Source: Mycobacterium leprae TN (GTDB lineage: Bacteria; Actinomycetota; Actinomycetes; Mycobacteriales; Mycobacteriaceae). Taken from it: a DNA stretch of 32,000 nucleotides. The notes beneath the pieces are model-generated. The model was not told where the DNA came from, did no database searches, and saw only the letters and a program-made list of their open reading frames with translations. Positions within the stretch are counted from its first letter, which is position 1; the number at the start of each line of letters is the position of its first letter. Below, piece by piece: positions 10,181 to 20,895 of the stretch. Both the position numbers and the translations under genes were made by a program. The DNA lies in assembly GCF_000195855.1 (NCBI RefSeq), contig NC_002677.1, forward strand, positions 1,020,001-1,052,000. The letters are read 5' to 3'.

Positions 10181-11287
10181 ATGACCAGCGGCTTCCTCGA
10201 GTTCACGGTGTCACTCTCGGCCCATCCGGTGACTGATGCGGAACGTGAATCGATCCTGGCTGAGCCGGGCTTCGGTAAGTACCACACTGACCACATGGTG
10301 TCGATCGATTACATTGATGGCCGAGGTTGGCACGATGCGCGGGTCATTCCCTACGGCCCGATTCAGCTGGATCCGTCCGCGATAGTGCTGCACTACGCGC
10401 AGGAAGTTTTTGAGGGACTCAAGGCTTACCGCTGGGCGGACGGGTCGATCGTGTCTTTTCGCCCTGATGCTAACGCGGCCAGGTTGCGTTCGTCGGCGCG
10501 GAGAATCGCGATTCCCGAGCTGCCCGACGAGTTATTCATTGACTCTCTGTGTCAGCTCATCGCTGTCGACAATGCTTGGGTGCCCCGGGTCGGCGGTGAA
10601 GAGGCGCTTTATCTGCGGCCCTTCATCTTCGCGACCGAGCCGGGGCTGGGGGTACGGCCAGCCAAGCAGTATCGGTACCTGTTGATCGCCTCGCCGGTCG
10701 GGGCGTATTTCAAAGGCGGCATCAACCCTGTCACGGTCTGGGTGTCGATGGAGTACGTGCGAGCTAGCCCGGGCGGCACCGGTGCGGCCAAATTTGGCGG
10801 CAACTACGCTGCGTCGCTGCTGGCTCAGACCGAAGCCGCAGCCAACGGGTGCGACCAGGTGGTGTGGCTAGACGCCGTCGAGCGCCGCTTCGTCGAAGAA
10901 ATGGGCGGGATGAACATCTTCTTTGTGCTCGGCAGCGGCGGGTCGGCACGCCTGGTCACCCCGGAGCTGTCTGGCTCACTGCTGCCCGGGGTCACACGCG
11001 CTTCGTTGCTGCAGTTGGCTATTGATGCCGGATTCAGTGTCGAAGAACGTAAGATCGATATCGACGAGTGGCAGAAGAAAGCTGCTGCTGGCGAGATCAC
11101 CGAGGTGTTTGCCTGCGGCACTGCCGCCTTCATTACCCCGGTCTCGCGGGTGAAATACGGTGATACCGAGTTTACCATCGCCGGTGGCGCACCAGGTGAG
11201 GTGACTATGGCGTTGCGCGACACGCTAACTGGAATCCAGCGCGGTACTTTTGCCGACACCCACGGCTGGATGGCCCGGCTGGGATAG
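10181..11287 (+). CDS. ilvE: Branched-chain amino acid aminotransferase (class IV PLP enzyme)
   Basis: 368-aa ORF. Conserved blocks [34 protein letters not shown] and [11 protein letters not shown]. Confidence 0.95.
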
Positions 11288-11319
11288 TTGGTTGGGTGCC
11301 AGCTAAAACCGGACACCAA

Positions 11320-12056
11320 GACGACGAGTGGCATAGCGCTTAACGTTGTGGTGAGCTCGATCGCGACGCCCAGTATGTTACCGGTGATGTCGTCGAACCG
11401 GCACACAGTAGTGCGCAACTAGGATAGGAGCATGCCGCAGCACACGGCCACCGGCACCGCGATCGGCCTCTGCTACGGTCGTTGGCTTTCCGGCAGTGCA
11501 ATGACCAGCAGCACCGCTAACCAGGCCAACACCACCGGTGCCAGGCCGGGTACCGGCAACCCAACCAGGGCGCCCAGGGCACTTCCGTCAGTAGCTGGCA
11601 CCGACCGATGACAGGCTAGCAATGCGGTGGCCCGGCCGGCAAACACAGCTAGGATGATGGCCGCCGCGTTAAGCATTGAGAACGTCAGCCGCTGTACCGT
11701 GATTGCCAATACTACAGCCCGCTACCCCGAATGGTCCGGGTCGACCCGTCGCGCATTACCGTAAGTGCACGCTGCAGCGGACCGTAGCAGCCCAGCCCGT
11801 CAGCCGTATCGGCAACGGCGTAGATGTGCAAGCTGCGGATCGCGATCAGCAGTGTCGCCACTGCGAGCAGTCCGGATAGCGTGCTGGACGGACCGAAAAC
11901 AAGTGCGCTACCTCACGACACGGCCGTGGCCAGCACGCCCAACGCGGCGCCGACCACCGGCAATGCAGTCATCCTGTCGTGACCTGTTGGGCTATTAGTG
12001 GCCCTGGGGAGGGGAATCGCCGTTGCAAATGCGAAAAATGTTGCTAGACAGCGCAT
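11320..12056 (-). pseudogene. cobS: Adenosylcobinamide-GDP ribazoletransferase (cobalamin synthase) pseudogene
   Basis: Three minus-strand fragments in different frames. (i) ATG 12056-12054, overlapping the cobT stop as TGATG: [47 protein letters not shown], then TGA at 11915-11913. (ii) 11709-11473: ...AAIILAVFAGRATALLACHRSVPATDGSALG...VVLAWLAVLLVIALP. (iii) About 11418-11320: ...CRFDDITGNILGVAIELTTTLSAM, a degraded form of the CobS GGxTGDxLGA region. The lower boundary is approximate. Confidence 0.75.
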
Positions 12057-13111
12057 CACGATGGTGGCGAGGTCGACGTACCGGCCACACCAGCCTCTGC
12101 GAAGGTCGTCATTGACGTCAACGCGGCTACTGCGGCGCGCAGCACCAGTAACGCTGCCGTAGCACCGGTTCCTTCGCCCAGCCGCATCCGCAGGTCCAGA
12201 ATCGGATCCAAGTCCAAAGCTGCCAAAGCCAGGGCATGACCCGGTTCGGTTGACTGATGACCGGCCTGCCACCATTGCCAGGAACCCGGTGCCAGGCGCT
12301 CGGCGACCAGTGCGGCCGCCGTCACCACCATGCCGTCGAGTAGCAACGGGGTACGTCGTACCGCTGCTTGCGCACAGAAGCCCGCCATAGCGGCCAGGTC
12401 GGCGCCGCCGCAGCAGCGCAGCAACCCGACCGGATCGGGCAACACCAGCCGTATCCGACATAAGGCATCGCGCACCGCAGCCGTTTTGCGTGCCCAACTG
12501 GCGTCATCGATCCCGGTTCCGAAGCCCACTACGGCGACTGGTTCGGCGTTCGTCAACGCCGCCACCAAAACCGCCGCTGCGGTGGTGTTTCCAATTCCGA
12601 TGTCGCCGGCGATTAACAGGTCAGCACCGCGGTCGACTTCCTCATCGGCGATGCGTTGACCGGCTATGATCGCTCGGGCAGTCTCGTCTTCGGTTAACGC
12701 GTCCTGGATCGCGATATCGCCACTGCCGCGTCGCACTTTATGGATGCCGATCTGCTGCGACAATGGGTCTGCGTCGACAGCTAAATCCGCGATTCGTATC
12801 GTCGCGTCGGCGATACTCGCTAGTGCGTTGATTGCCGCCCCGCCGCGGTCGATGTTAGCTACCATCTGAGCGGTCAATTGCGGTGGGTATGCCGACACCC
12901 CGGACCGGGCGACACCGTGGTCACCGGCGAACACTACTATCCGAGCACGCTGGAACTGGCGTGGCGGACACTGTCCCTGGCACGACGCCACCCAGATCGA
13001 CAAATCTTCGAGACGGCCCAACGCGCCGCGCGGCTTGGTCAGGGTGTCCTGGCGAGCGCGGGCAGCTGCTGCGGCGTGGCCGTCGGGCGGCGACACTGGC
13101 GCGAACTCCAT
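12056..13111 (-). CDS. cobT: Nicotinate-nucleotide:dimethylbenzimidazole phosphoribosyltransferase
   Basis: 351-aa uninterrupted ORF. CobT blocks [33 protein letters not shown] and [10 protein letters not shown]. Confidence 0.92.
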   Translation of the reverse strand: MEFAPVSPPDGHAAAAARARQDTLTKPRGALGRLEDLSIWVASCQGQCPPRQFQRARIVVFAGDHGVARSGVSAYPPQLTAQMVANIDRGGAAINALASIADATIRIADLAVDADPLSQQIGIHKVRRGSGDIAIQDALTEDETARAIIAGQRIADEEVDRGADLLIAGDIGIGNTTAAAVLVAALTNAEPVAVVGFGTGIDDASWARKTAAVRDALCRIRLVLPDPVGLLRCCGGADLAAMAGFCAQAAVRRTPLLLDGMVVTAAALVAERLAPGSWQWWQAGHQSTEPGHALALAALDLDPILDLRMRLGEGTGATAALLVLRAAVAALTSMTTFAEAGVAGTSTSPPS

Positions 13112-13200
13112 CAGGTTCTCGGTGCCTTGATTGGTCCCGGCTGCCCGGCTACCACTCGGGTCAACTTCATTGCCGGGTCGAGACGGCTTTCAGGAGAGGT

Positions 13201-13890
13201 TTAACCGACACTGCTGCCGTGCTCGACTTGGGGTCGGGGTACGCGCAGCCGGCGCATTTGGGATGCTCGACCGGCGGCGTAAAGGCCTAACCTCCAATGG
13301 CTTTCGGTGTTGGATGGAAACTTCACGTCGACCAGCTTGCTGATCTTGCGGCCCAAGATGATTCCGTCGATACCCATCACGGACAACAGCACCAGCATCG
13401 CTGGAGACATGTACAACTGTAGCTGCGGAACCCCGAACGTGATGAATAACAGAACTAGCGCTGACGGTGTGAACAGGCCGAGCGCGTTGCGCCGAGCATC
13501 CACGAGGTCTCGGATGTAGCGGCGTACCGGGCCCTGATCACGTGGCGGCAGGTATGCCTCTTCGCCGGCCATCATGCGCTCCCGGCGATCAGTAATCTGG
13601 GCTTTGCTGGCGGCTCGCTTGGCCCTACGTTCCGCACGGTGGCACTTGGGGGGAGCCAGCGACTTGCGCCGAGCTCGCGCCTCGGAGGCAGTCATCGGCG
13701 CCGGCGTGATTGGCCCTTTTTTCGTGTGGCGTCGGTCGGCATCGTCACGCTTGCGGGTGGGTCGGCCCTTAGGAGCGGTCGTACTGGACCCGCGAGATAG
13801 CGTGTCCGGCAAACTAGCTTCCGAACCCACATTGTCGTCCGATGTCTCGATGTCCTGTCCGTAGCTCTTCTTACGGCCCAGCAATTTCAC
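13201..13890 (-). CDS. Conserved membrane protein, DUF3043 family (Rv2206-like)
   Basis: Track ORF 13201..13944. Basic, disordered N-terminal half, then two hydrophobic helices (LFTPSALVLLFITFGV, AMLVLLSVMGIDGIILG). Start placed at GTG 13890-13888 (M-KLLGRKKSYG...) from recollection of family N-termini. ATG 13944 is the alternative, and neither has a clear Shine-Dalgarno sequence. Confidence 0.78.
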   Translation of the reverse strand: MKLLGRKKSYGQDIETSDDNVGSEASLPDTLSRGSSTTAPKGRPTRKRDDADRRHTKKGPITPAPMTASEARARRKSLAPPKCHRAERRAKRAASKAQITDRRERMMAGEEAYLPPRDQGPVRRYIRDLVDARRNALGLFTPSALVLLFITFGVPQLQLYMSPAMLVLLSVMGIDGIILGRKISKLVDVKFPSNTESHWRLGLYAAGRASQMRRLRVPRPQVEHGSSVG

Positions 13891-14082
13891 AATAGCCAGG
13901 CTACTTCGCCGGCAGATAGGCTGCCCACTGGCATGTGCCCGCATTGTGCGTGCGTTAATGTTACTTGAGTCCTAATCTGTGTGTGATGAACGACTGCACT
14001 GTGATGAACGGGCTCGATGGCCTCGGATGCTCAATACCGTGACCATGCGCCAGCCTTGAATCCAGTTCCTCCTGCGATTGCG

Positions 14083-15049
14083 ATGCGCGTGCTGGTGCCG
14101 CTGAATTGTTTGTCCGCGGTGCAAGCCACCGCCGCTATCTCGACCGGCTGGACCCAGTCACATCCGGGCGATCGGCTCCTCCTCGCACCCCCAAAAGATA
14201 ATTATTACTATTGACAGTAATTTAATTTTATTACAGCGTCCCCGGTTTTGTCGAGGTACTGGCCAGTCGATTGGGGGAGCTGCGGGAGTTGCAGGCTTTT
14301 AGGCCGCTGGACGCTCAAGTGTATGTTTGATACCGGTTCGGTTGTGGGCTCCGTACCTGGAGTGCGGTCTGACTCCGCTTGGCAGTTCGCCCAAATCAGA
14401 GGCTGTGCTGTTGGCGTAACAGCAGATGGTAAGGCAATTCATCGCCGAGGCGCTCCGGGCCAGGGTGACCCAGAATGTTGCCGGGGTGACACAAGGATAT
14501 TACTGTTAGTGTGGATGGTACTGTGTACAGTGATGGCGGACAAAGAATGATTGCTGCGCTCAGCTGCCCGACGTCGAACTGATCGCTGTTTCAGACTTTG
14601 AATATCGGCTGCTGGGACCGTGAGGTGCGTCCGGGGTGTTTGGTCTGCAGAAGGGCGCAGACACAACATAGCGTCGCAAAGCATGAAGTCCGCTTAGTGG
14701 CCTGGACAATCGCCGAATTGGTGGCAGCCAAGGTCGGGCGCGATGGATTTTAGTGCCGAGCCTGGTGCGTGTGCCGGTGATGGTATCGGCGCCGGGTTAC
14801 TTGTGTTGGGTGGCCGGTGTGAGTCTGGCGCGGCAATCATCTCCGAACACACCACACTTGGGCGATGGTCTTGTCGCGGCCGGGCTAATTGTTACTGGTG
14901 AGAGCTGGTTCGACGAACAGTCCCTGCACGAAATGGTAGTTAGTTTGATATCTGACGCAGCCGGTCTGCTGGGAATTCCGGTAGTCGTGGTCGAGCAGAT
15001 GTGCCTGGACAAGTCCGCATCGCGATTAGCGGGTAATATAGCTATTTAG
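14083..15049 (+). pseudogene. Glycerate-kinase-family pseudogene (Rv2205c-like)
   Basis: Homology is spread over three + frames. Frame 1 from ATG 14083: MRVLVPLNCLSAVQATAAISTGWTQSHPGDRLLLAP, stop at 14212-14214. Frame 0 from 14241: PGFVEVLASRLGELRELQAF..., stop near 14328. Frame 2, 14753-15049: ...[45 protein letters not shown] (family motif DLVITGEG.D.QS..GK). An AT-rich 44-bp block interrupts it at 14193-14236. Confidence 0.72.
14193..14236. other. AT-rich island inside the glycerate-kinase pseudogene
   Basis: AAAAGATAATTATTACTATTGACAGTAATTTAATTTTATTACAG. Contains ATTACT-N6-AGTAAT (14204-14221) and a TTATTAC direct repeat (14202-14208, 14228-14234). It sits where a short conserved coding stretch would be expected, between ...LLLAP and PGFVEVL. 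Confidence 0.8.
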
Positions 15050-15223
15050 TCGATTGTCAAATACGTTAGTTTAGGTGCGGCTAGCGTGAAATAACACGGT
15101 CAACTAGGTCATGGGTTTGGCGTTTGTTGTCGCGGAGCGACTCGGGAATAGCGGTACTGCAAGGTATCGTTAAGGTGATGGGTTGGCGAACCCACCCAAA
15201 TAATCACGCATGTAGGAGAAGCA

Positions 15224-15580
15224 ATGGCTGTGCAGAACGAGTTAAGTGCCAAGACCCACGGAGTGATCCTGACCGATGTCGCTGCCACTAAGGCGAAGTC
15301 GCTGCTGGACCAAGAGGGACGTGACGACCTGGCGTTGCGTATCGCGGTTCAGCCGGGTGGGTGCGCAGGGCTGCGCTACAATCTTTTCTTCGACGACCGG
15401 ACCCTGGATGGCGATCTCACTGCGGAGTTCGGTGGTGTGACTTTGACGGTGGATCGAATGAGCGCCCCCTACGTGGAAGGCGCGTCTATTGACTTCGTGG
15501 ACACCATCGAAAAGCAGGGCTTCACCATAGACAATCCCAACGCCAATGGCTCCTGCGCTTGCGGGGATTCGTTCAACTGA
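15224..15580 (+). CDS. HesB/IscA-family iron-sulfur cluster insertion protein (ErpA-like, Rv2204c-like)
   Basis: 118-aa ORF. Cys in GGCAG and the C-terminal CACGDSF motif (the three cluster-ligand cysteines). AGGAG at 15212-15216 lies 7 nt upstream of the ATG. Confidence 0.9.
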   Translation: MAVQNELSAKTHGVILTDVAATKAKSLLDQEGRDDLALRIAVQPGGCAGLRYNLFFDDRTLDGDLTAEFGGVTLTVDRMSAPYVEGASIDFVDTIEKQGFTIDNPNANGSCACGDSFN

Positions 15581-15614
15581 CGAGACCGCAGGGGTCGGCT
15601 CGGTCGTAGCCGGC

Positions 15615-16256
15615 CTAGTGCGAGTCCGCGGTGCGCAACATGTACGAGCACACCAGGACCTGGTTGCGTCGGTAAAGCAACTGTGCGATGCCTTGTATCT
15701 GCCTGCGCTTCGGGCCTCCGGTGGCAGGTGATGTCCGCATGGTGAATAGCACCTGGGCCTGGTAAGGTGACCAGTACACTATCTGGTCGATCGAGGTTAG
15801 CTCGACCTGGGAGAACTGCTTTCGGAACGCGTCGCTACTCAGCTGTGCCAGCGCCTGGTCGGGCCGCTGGTCGCGGACGGAGTCGTACATACCGCACAGC
15901 GCGTTGCGGGCGATGGTGTTGATGTTGCTCTGTTCGAGGGCTTTCAGATAATCTTCAATCGCCGTTTTGGCCGTTACCTCGGAGAATGTGCCCCCTGTTT
16001 TAGATCCGTTTGTCCGAACCCCGTAGATGATTACTGCCGTCATCGCGGCTACCAGCGCGATAGCCACCAGCACGCTAATGATTAGTCGCTTCGACCGTCG
16101 CCTCGGGTATGACACTGCAGGTGGCAGCATCCTGGGATAGGCGGGTGTTTTGTCTTCTACATGGATGGAGGACTGGGTGGTTGCGAAGGCGGTGTCTGCA
16201 TAAGGTGACGGTTTGTCGGTGCCGACAGTAGGATTCGGCGTATGCGGACCGTCCAT
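15615..16256 (-). CDS. Conserved single-pass membrane protein of unknown function (Rv2203-like)
   Basis: Track ORF 15615..16325 (TTG). Preferred start is ATG 16256-16254 (MDGPHTPNP...), with AGGAGA (16268-16263) 6 nt upstream. One TM helix LIISVLVAIALVAAMTAVIIYGV followed by a roughly 120-aa extracytoplasmic domain. Confidence 0.72.
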   Translation of the reverse strand: MDGPHTPNPTVGTDKPSPYADTAFATTQSSIHVEDKTPAYPRMLPPAVSYPRRRSKRLIISVLVAIALVAAMTAVIIYGVRTNGSKTGGTFSEVTAKTAIEDYLKALEQSNINTIARNALCGMYDSVRDQRPDQALAQLSSDAFRKQFSQVELTSIDQIVYWSPYQAQVLFTMRTSPATGGPKRRQIQGIAQLLYRRNQVLVCSYMLRTADSH

Positions 16257-16442
16257 CGTGGTTCTCCTGCGGTGGGGTGGATGGGGCGACGAGCAGTTGC
16301 CGCTCCACATTGGCGTTTGGGGCAACCAGACGAGCTCTCTAGGCAGGCTAGCGCAAACCTGCCCGCGGTCGCGGATGCATCGGGGCTATTCGCAACGTTT
16401 GTACCCGTGGATAGGTGAAACGACTTGATGGACGAAGGGTGA

Positions 16443-17423
<981 letters not shown>

Positions 17424-17605
17424 TGCACCAGCTCGGCCAGGTGAGCCTAAATATGTAGTTATTTGGTCGGAGCAGTAGGGTTCCGGCAACTCACGATACG
17501 CGGGTCTAGCTGCTCGGTGTCGTCACCTTAAATTAAATTATTGCCTTCATCGCATGGCTGTACCCTTATCCGCGCATCCGGCTTAACTGCGGCCCGGTTA
17601 GTTAC

Positions 17606-19588
17606 TTACGGCTGTACCGGATACTGTGGCTCGCTGATCTGTGGCACCACACTGTGTTCGATGAAGATGGCGTGCCACAGCATAAAAATTAGCACCGTCC
17701 ACAGCCGGCGACTATGATCGCTGATGCCACCTCGGTGCTCGTCAAGCATCCGGTGCACGGCGGCTAGGTTGACCAGATGTTCGGCCTGCGACGAGTTCAC
17801 CAGCGCGTACGCCCATTCCAGCAGTTCGCCGGCGCGCAGCCAATGCCGGATTGGGACCGGGAACCCGAGTTTGGGGCGATGCAACACGTGTGCCGGGACG
17901 ATGGATTCCAGTGCGCGCCGCAGTGCGTATTTCGTGGTGGTGCGGGTGATCTTTGCCTGCATGGGTAACCGGGACGCCACGGCGAACACTTCGGGATCAA
18001 GGAACGGTACCCGCAGCTCCAGCGAATTGGCCATTGTCATCTTGTCGGCCTTGGCCAAAATGTCGCCACGTAGCCAGGTGAACAGATCGATGTGCTGCAT
18101 GCGGGCTACCGGGTCCCAGCCGACGGATTCGGCGTACACCGCTGCCGTGACGTCGGTGTGGGTCCAGCCCGTGTGGAACCTGGGTAGCACAGCCTGCAAC
18201 TGCGCTTCCGAGAAATTGCGGGCATTGCCGTAGTAGCGTTCCTCGAGCGTGAGTGATCCGCGGTGTAGCAGATTCTTGCCGCGCATACCTTCGGGCAGAG
18301 ATTTGGACACCTTGCCCATCGAGCGTCGCAGTGGCCCGGGTAGGTAGTCGAAGGGCTTCAACGACAGCGGCTCTCGATAGATTCTGTAGCCGCCGAACAG
18401 CTCGTCGGCGCCCTCGCCGGACAACACCACCTTGACGTGCTTGCGAGCTTCGCGGGCGACGAAAAACAGCGGAACCAGGGCCGGGTCGGCAATTGGCTCG
18501 TCGAGATACCAGACGATCTCCGGCAGGGCGGCGACGAACTCGTTGGGGGTAACCACCTTCACGATGTGGCGCGCACCGATTGCTTCAGCCGAAGCAGCCG
18601 CCACGTCGATCTCGGAGAATCCCTCATGCTCGAAGCCGGTGGTAAATGTAATCAGCCGCGGATTGTGTCGGATCGCCAGTGCTGCGATGGCTGTGGAGTC
18701 GATACCGCCGGACAGAAACGAGCCAACGGTGACGTCGGCGCGCATGTGCTTGGCCACTGAGTCCGCAAGCACTGCGGTGATTTCGCCGTAGCGGGTCTGT
18801 TCAGTGCTGCTGGTGATCGGTGTGGCGGCAAATTGCGGCACGAAGTAGCGGGTGGTCGCTGGATCGAGCTGTTCGGGACGGATACGTGCGTAACAGCCAG
18901 ATTCGAGTCGGTGCACCCCGCGATGCAGCGTCTCGGGCTCGGGCACGTACTGCAGGACCGTGTAGTGCTGTAGTGCGCGGGTGTCAATCTGCGTGTCGAA
19001 TCTGATCACTTCGGCCAGTTCAAGCAGGCATTTCTTTTCGCTGGCCACCGCGGTGCCGTTGGTTCCGGTCGCCATGAACAGTGGTTTGATCCCGAAAGGG
19101 TCTCGGGCACAGAACAATTCGTGGGCGATGGTGTCCCACAGCGCGAAGGCGAACATGCCACGCAGCCGTGTTAGTATCTCGGTGCCCCAGTAATGGAAGC
19201 CGGCGACGATAGATTCACCGTCTCCGTCGGTGGCGAAAGCAGCGCCGTGCCGGATGACCAGCTCGTCGCGCAGCTCCAGGTAGTTGTAGATCTCGCCGTT
19301 GAATACCAGGATGTAGCGGTTGGGTGTCTCCGGTGGTCCCCACCGCAGCGGCTGATGCGAATGCGCAATGTCGATGATGGACAACCGGTTAAACCCAAAC
19401 GCAACCCCTCCCGAGAACCCATCAATGTCCGGGTCGGACCAGGTGCTTAGCTCGTCAGGCCCGCGGTGACGCATCAAATGTACCGCGCGGGCCATGGAAT
19501 GATCGGCCTGAAGAATGTTGTTGGTCCCACCAGAGCCGCGGCTATCAGCGCGCGCCGAAGCCACTACAAACGCCAGCAGTCCACACAC
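17606..19588 (-). CDS. asnB: Asparagine synthase (glutamine-hydrolysing), class II amidotransferase
   Basis: Track ORF 17606..19639. Class II glutamine amidotransferases use Cys as the first residue after Met removal. The only position that gives this is GTG 19588-19586 (M-CGLLAFV...). Also has the synthetase PP-loop SFLSGGIDS. Confidence 0.93.
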   Translation of the reverse strand: MCGLLAFVVASARADSRGSGGTNNILQADHSMARAVHLMRHRGPDELSTWSDPDIDGFSGGVAFGFNRLSIIDIAHSHQPLRWGPPETPNRYILVFNGEIYNYLELRDELVIRHGAAFATDGDGESIVAGFHYWGTEILTRLRGMFAFALWDTIAHELFCARDPFGIKPLFMATGTNGTAVASEKKCLLELAEVIRFDTQIDTRALQHYTVLQYVPEPETLHRGVHRLESGCYARIRPEQLDPATTRYFVPQFAATPITSSTEQTRYGEITAVLADSVAKHMRADVTVGSFLSGGIDSTAIAALAIRHNPRLITFTTGFEHEGFSEIDVAAASAEAIGARHIVKVVTPNEFVAALPEIVWYLDEPIADPALVPLFFVAREARKHVKVVLSGEGADELFGGYRIYREPLSLKPFDYLPGPLRRSMGKVSKSLPEGMRGKNLLHRGSLTLEERYYGNARNFSEAQLQAVLPRFHTGWTHTDVTAAVYAESVGWDPVARMQHIDLFTWLRGDILAKADKMTMANSLELRVPFLDPEVFAVASRLPMQAKITRTTTKYALRRALESIVPAHVLHRPKLGFPVPIRHWLRAGELLEWAYALVNSSQAEHLVNLAAVHRMLDEHRGGISDHSRRLWTVLIFMLWHAIFIEHSVVPQISEPQYPVQP

Positions 19589-19781
19589 GGCAATCCAGTA
19601 TGCCTCATTCGGCAATGTTCGTAGGCGCCGATCATCCATCGTCGTTGGGACCCGTATCGCCTCTTGGGCGAGTGCCGTGGTCTACGCTGCGTAGTATTAG
19701 ACATCCGAGTTAGCCGAAGAATCCCGCCTTTAAGCGGGTTAGCTTCGAATCGGCCCAGCTTGTGATACAGGAGGCGCCAAA

Positions 19782-20843
19782 GTGACAGCTCGCGAGTTAG
19801 TCTGTTCGCAACGTGTCGGTCAGGGTCTCTCTCGTCGTCTTCGGCCGCTGGTGCTGGCCGTGACACTGGGTGTGCTGGTGGTCACCCTGAGCGGATGCAG
19901 CTGGTCGGACGCGTTGGCCATTGGCTGGCCGGAAGGCATCACCCCGGAGGCCCACCTCAACCGACAGCTGTGGATCGGTGCGGTGGTCGCCTCCCTGGTC
20001 GTCGGTGTCATTGTGTGGGGTCTCATTTTCTGGTCGACCATCTTCCACCGGAAGAAAACAACCGACACCGAGTTGCCGCGTCAATTCGGCTACAACATGC
20101 CGCTGGAGTTGGTGCTGACCGTGACGCCATTCCTCATCATTTCTATGCTGTTCTATTTCACTGTGATAGTGCAGGATAAGATGCTGTACCTCGCCAAGGA
20201 TCCCGAAGTTGTCATTGATGTTACGGCCTTTCAGTGGAACTGGAAGTTCGGCTATCAGCGGGTCGATTTCAAAGACGGCACCTTGACCTACGACGGGGTC
20301 GATCCGGCCCGCAAAAAGGCCATGGTCTCCAAGCCAGAGGGCAAGGACTCCCATGGTGAGGAGCTCGTCGGGGCGGTGCGTGGGCTCAATACCGAGGACC
20401 GGGCCTACCTGAACTTCGACAAGGTTGAAACTTTGGGCACTACTACTGAAATTCCGGTGCTTGTGCTGCCCGCTGGCAAGCGCATCGAGTTCCAATTGAA
20501 CTCCGCCGACGTGGTTCACTCGTTTTGGGTGCCGAAATTTTTGTTCAAGCGCGACGTCATGCCCAACCCGGTGGCGAACAACTCCGTGAACGTCTTCCAG
20601 GTCGAAGAGATAACAAAGACCGGGGCATTCGTCGGCCACTGCGCTGAGATGTGCGGTACATATCACTCGATGATGAACTTCGAAGTTCGAGTTGTCGCTC
20701 CTAACGACTTCAAGGCCTATTTGCAACAACGGATCGACGGAAAAACCAACGCTGAAGCATTGCAGGTGATCGCTCAGCCTCCGCTGGCGGTGACTACCCA
20801 CCCGTTTGATACCCGTCGCGGACAGTTGACCAACAGCCAGTAG
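19782..20843 (+). CDS. ctaC: Cytochrome c oxidase (aa3) subunit II, lipoprotein
   Basis: 353-aa ORF from GTG 19782, with AGGAGG at 19767-19772. Lipobox LSGC. CuA motif [13 protein letters not shown]. Two TM helices. Confidence 0.95.
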   Translation: MTARELVCSQRVGQGLSRRLRPLVLAVTLGVLVVTLSGCSWSDALAIGWPEGITPEAHLNRQLWIGAVVASLVVGVIVWGLIFWSTIFHRKKTTDTELPRQFGYNMPLELVLTVTPFLIISMLFYFTVIVQDKMLYLAKDPEVVIDVTAFQWNWKFGYQRVDFKDGTLTYDGVDPARKKAMVSKPEGKDSHGEELVGAVRGLNTEDRAYLNFDKVETLGTTTEIPVLVLPAGKRIEFQLNSADVVHSFWVPKFLFKRDVMPNPVANNSVNVFQVEEITKTGAFVGHCAEMCGTYHSMMNFEVRVVAPNDFKAYLQQRIDGKTNAEALQVIAQPPLAVTTHPFDTRRGQLTNSQ

Positions 20844-20884
20844 GTAGTCCCACTAAGGGTCCAGTAGGTAGTCCCACTAAGGGT
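20837..20884. repeat. Perfect tandem duplication, 24 bp x 2 (CCAGTAGGTAGTCCCACTAAGGGT), spanning the ctaC stop codon
   Basis: Copies at 20837-20860 and 20861-20884 are identical. The first contains the ctaC TAG (20841-20843). The repeat ends 1 nt before AGGA (20886-20889), the likely ctaF ribosome-binding site. Confidence 0.95.
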
Positions 20885-20895
20885 TAGGACACGCA

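Noticed and set aside
19700-19781. TTCGAATC motif (19744-19751) resembling a tRNA T-loop in the asnB-ctaC intergenic region.
   Set aside because: The flanking bases do not form a T-stem, and no acceptor or anticodon arms can be drawn. I found no tRNA or rRNA gene anywhere in the window.
19797-20801. 334-aa ORF antisense to the whole of ctaC. Similar long antisense ORFs occur at 27579..28418 (opposite trpD), 7175..8050 (opposite pepB), 3623..4276 (opposite dlaT) and 10825..11418 (opposite the ilvE 3' end).
   Set aside because: Each lies opposite a gene with unmistakable family motifs. Their products are Arg/Pro/Gly-rich with no recognisable domains. Stop-poor antisense frames are expected in GC-rich coding DNA.
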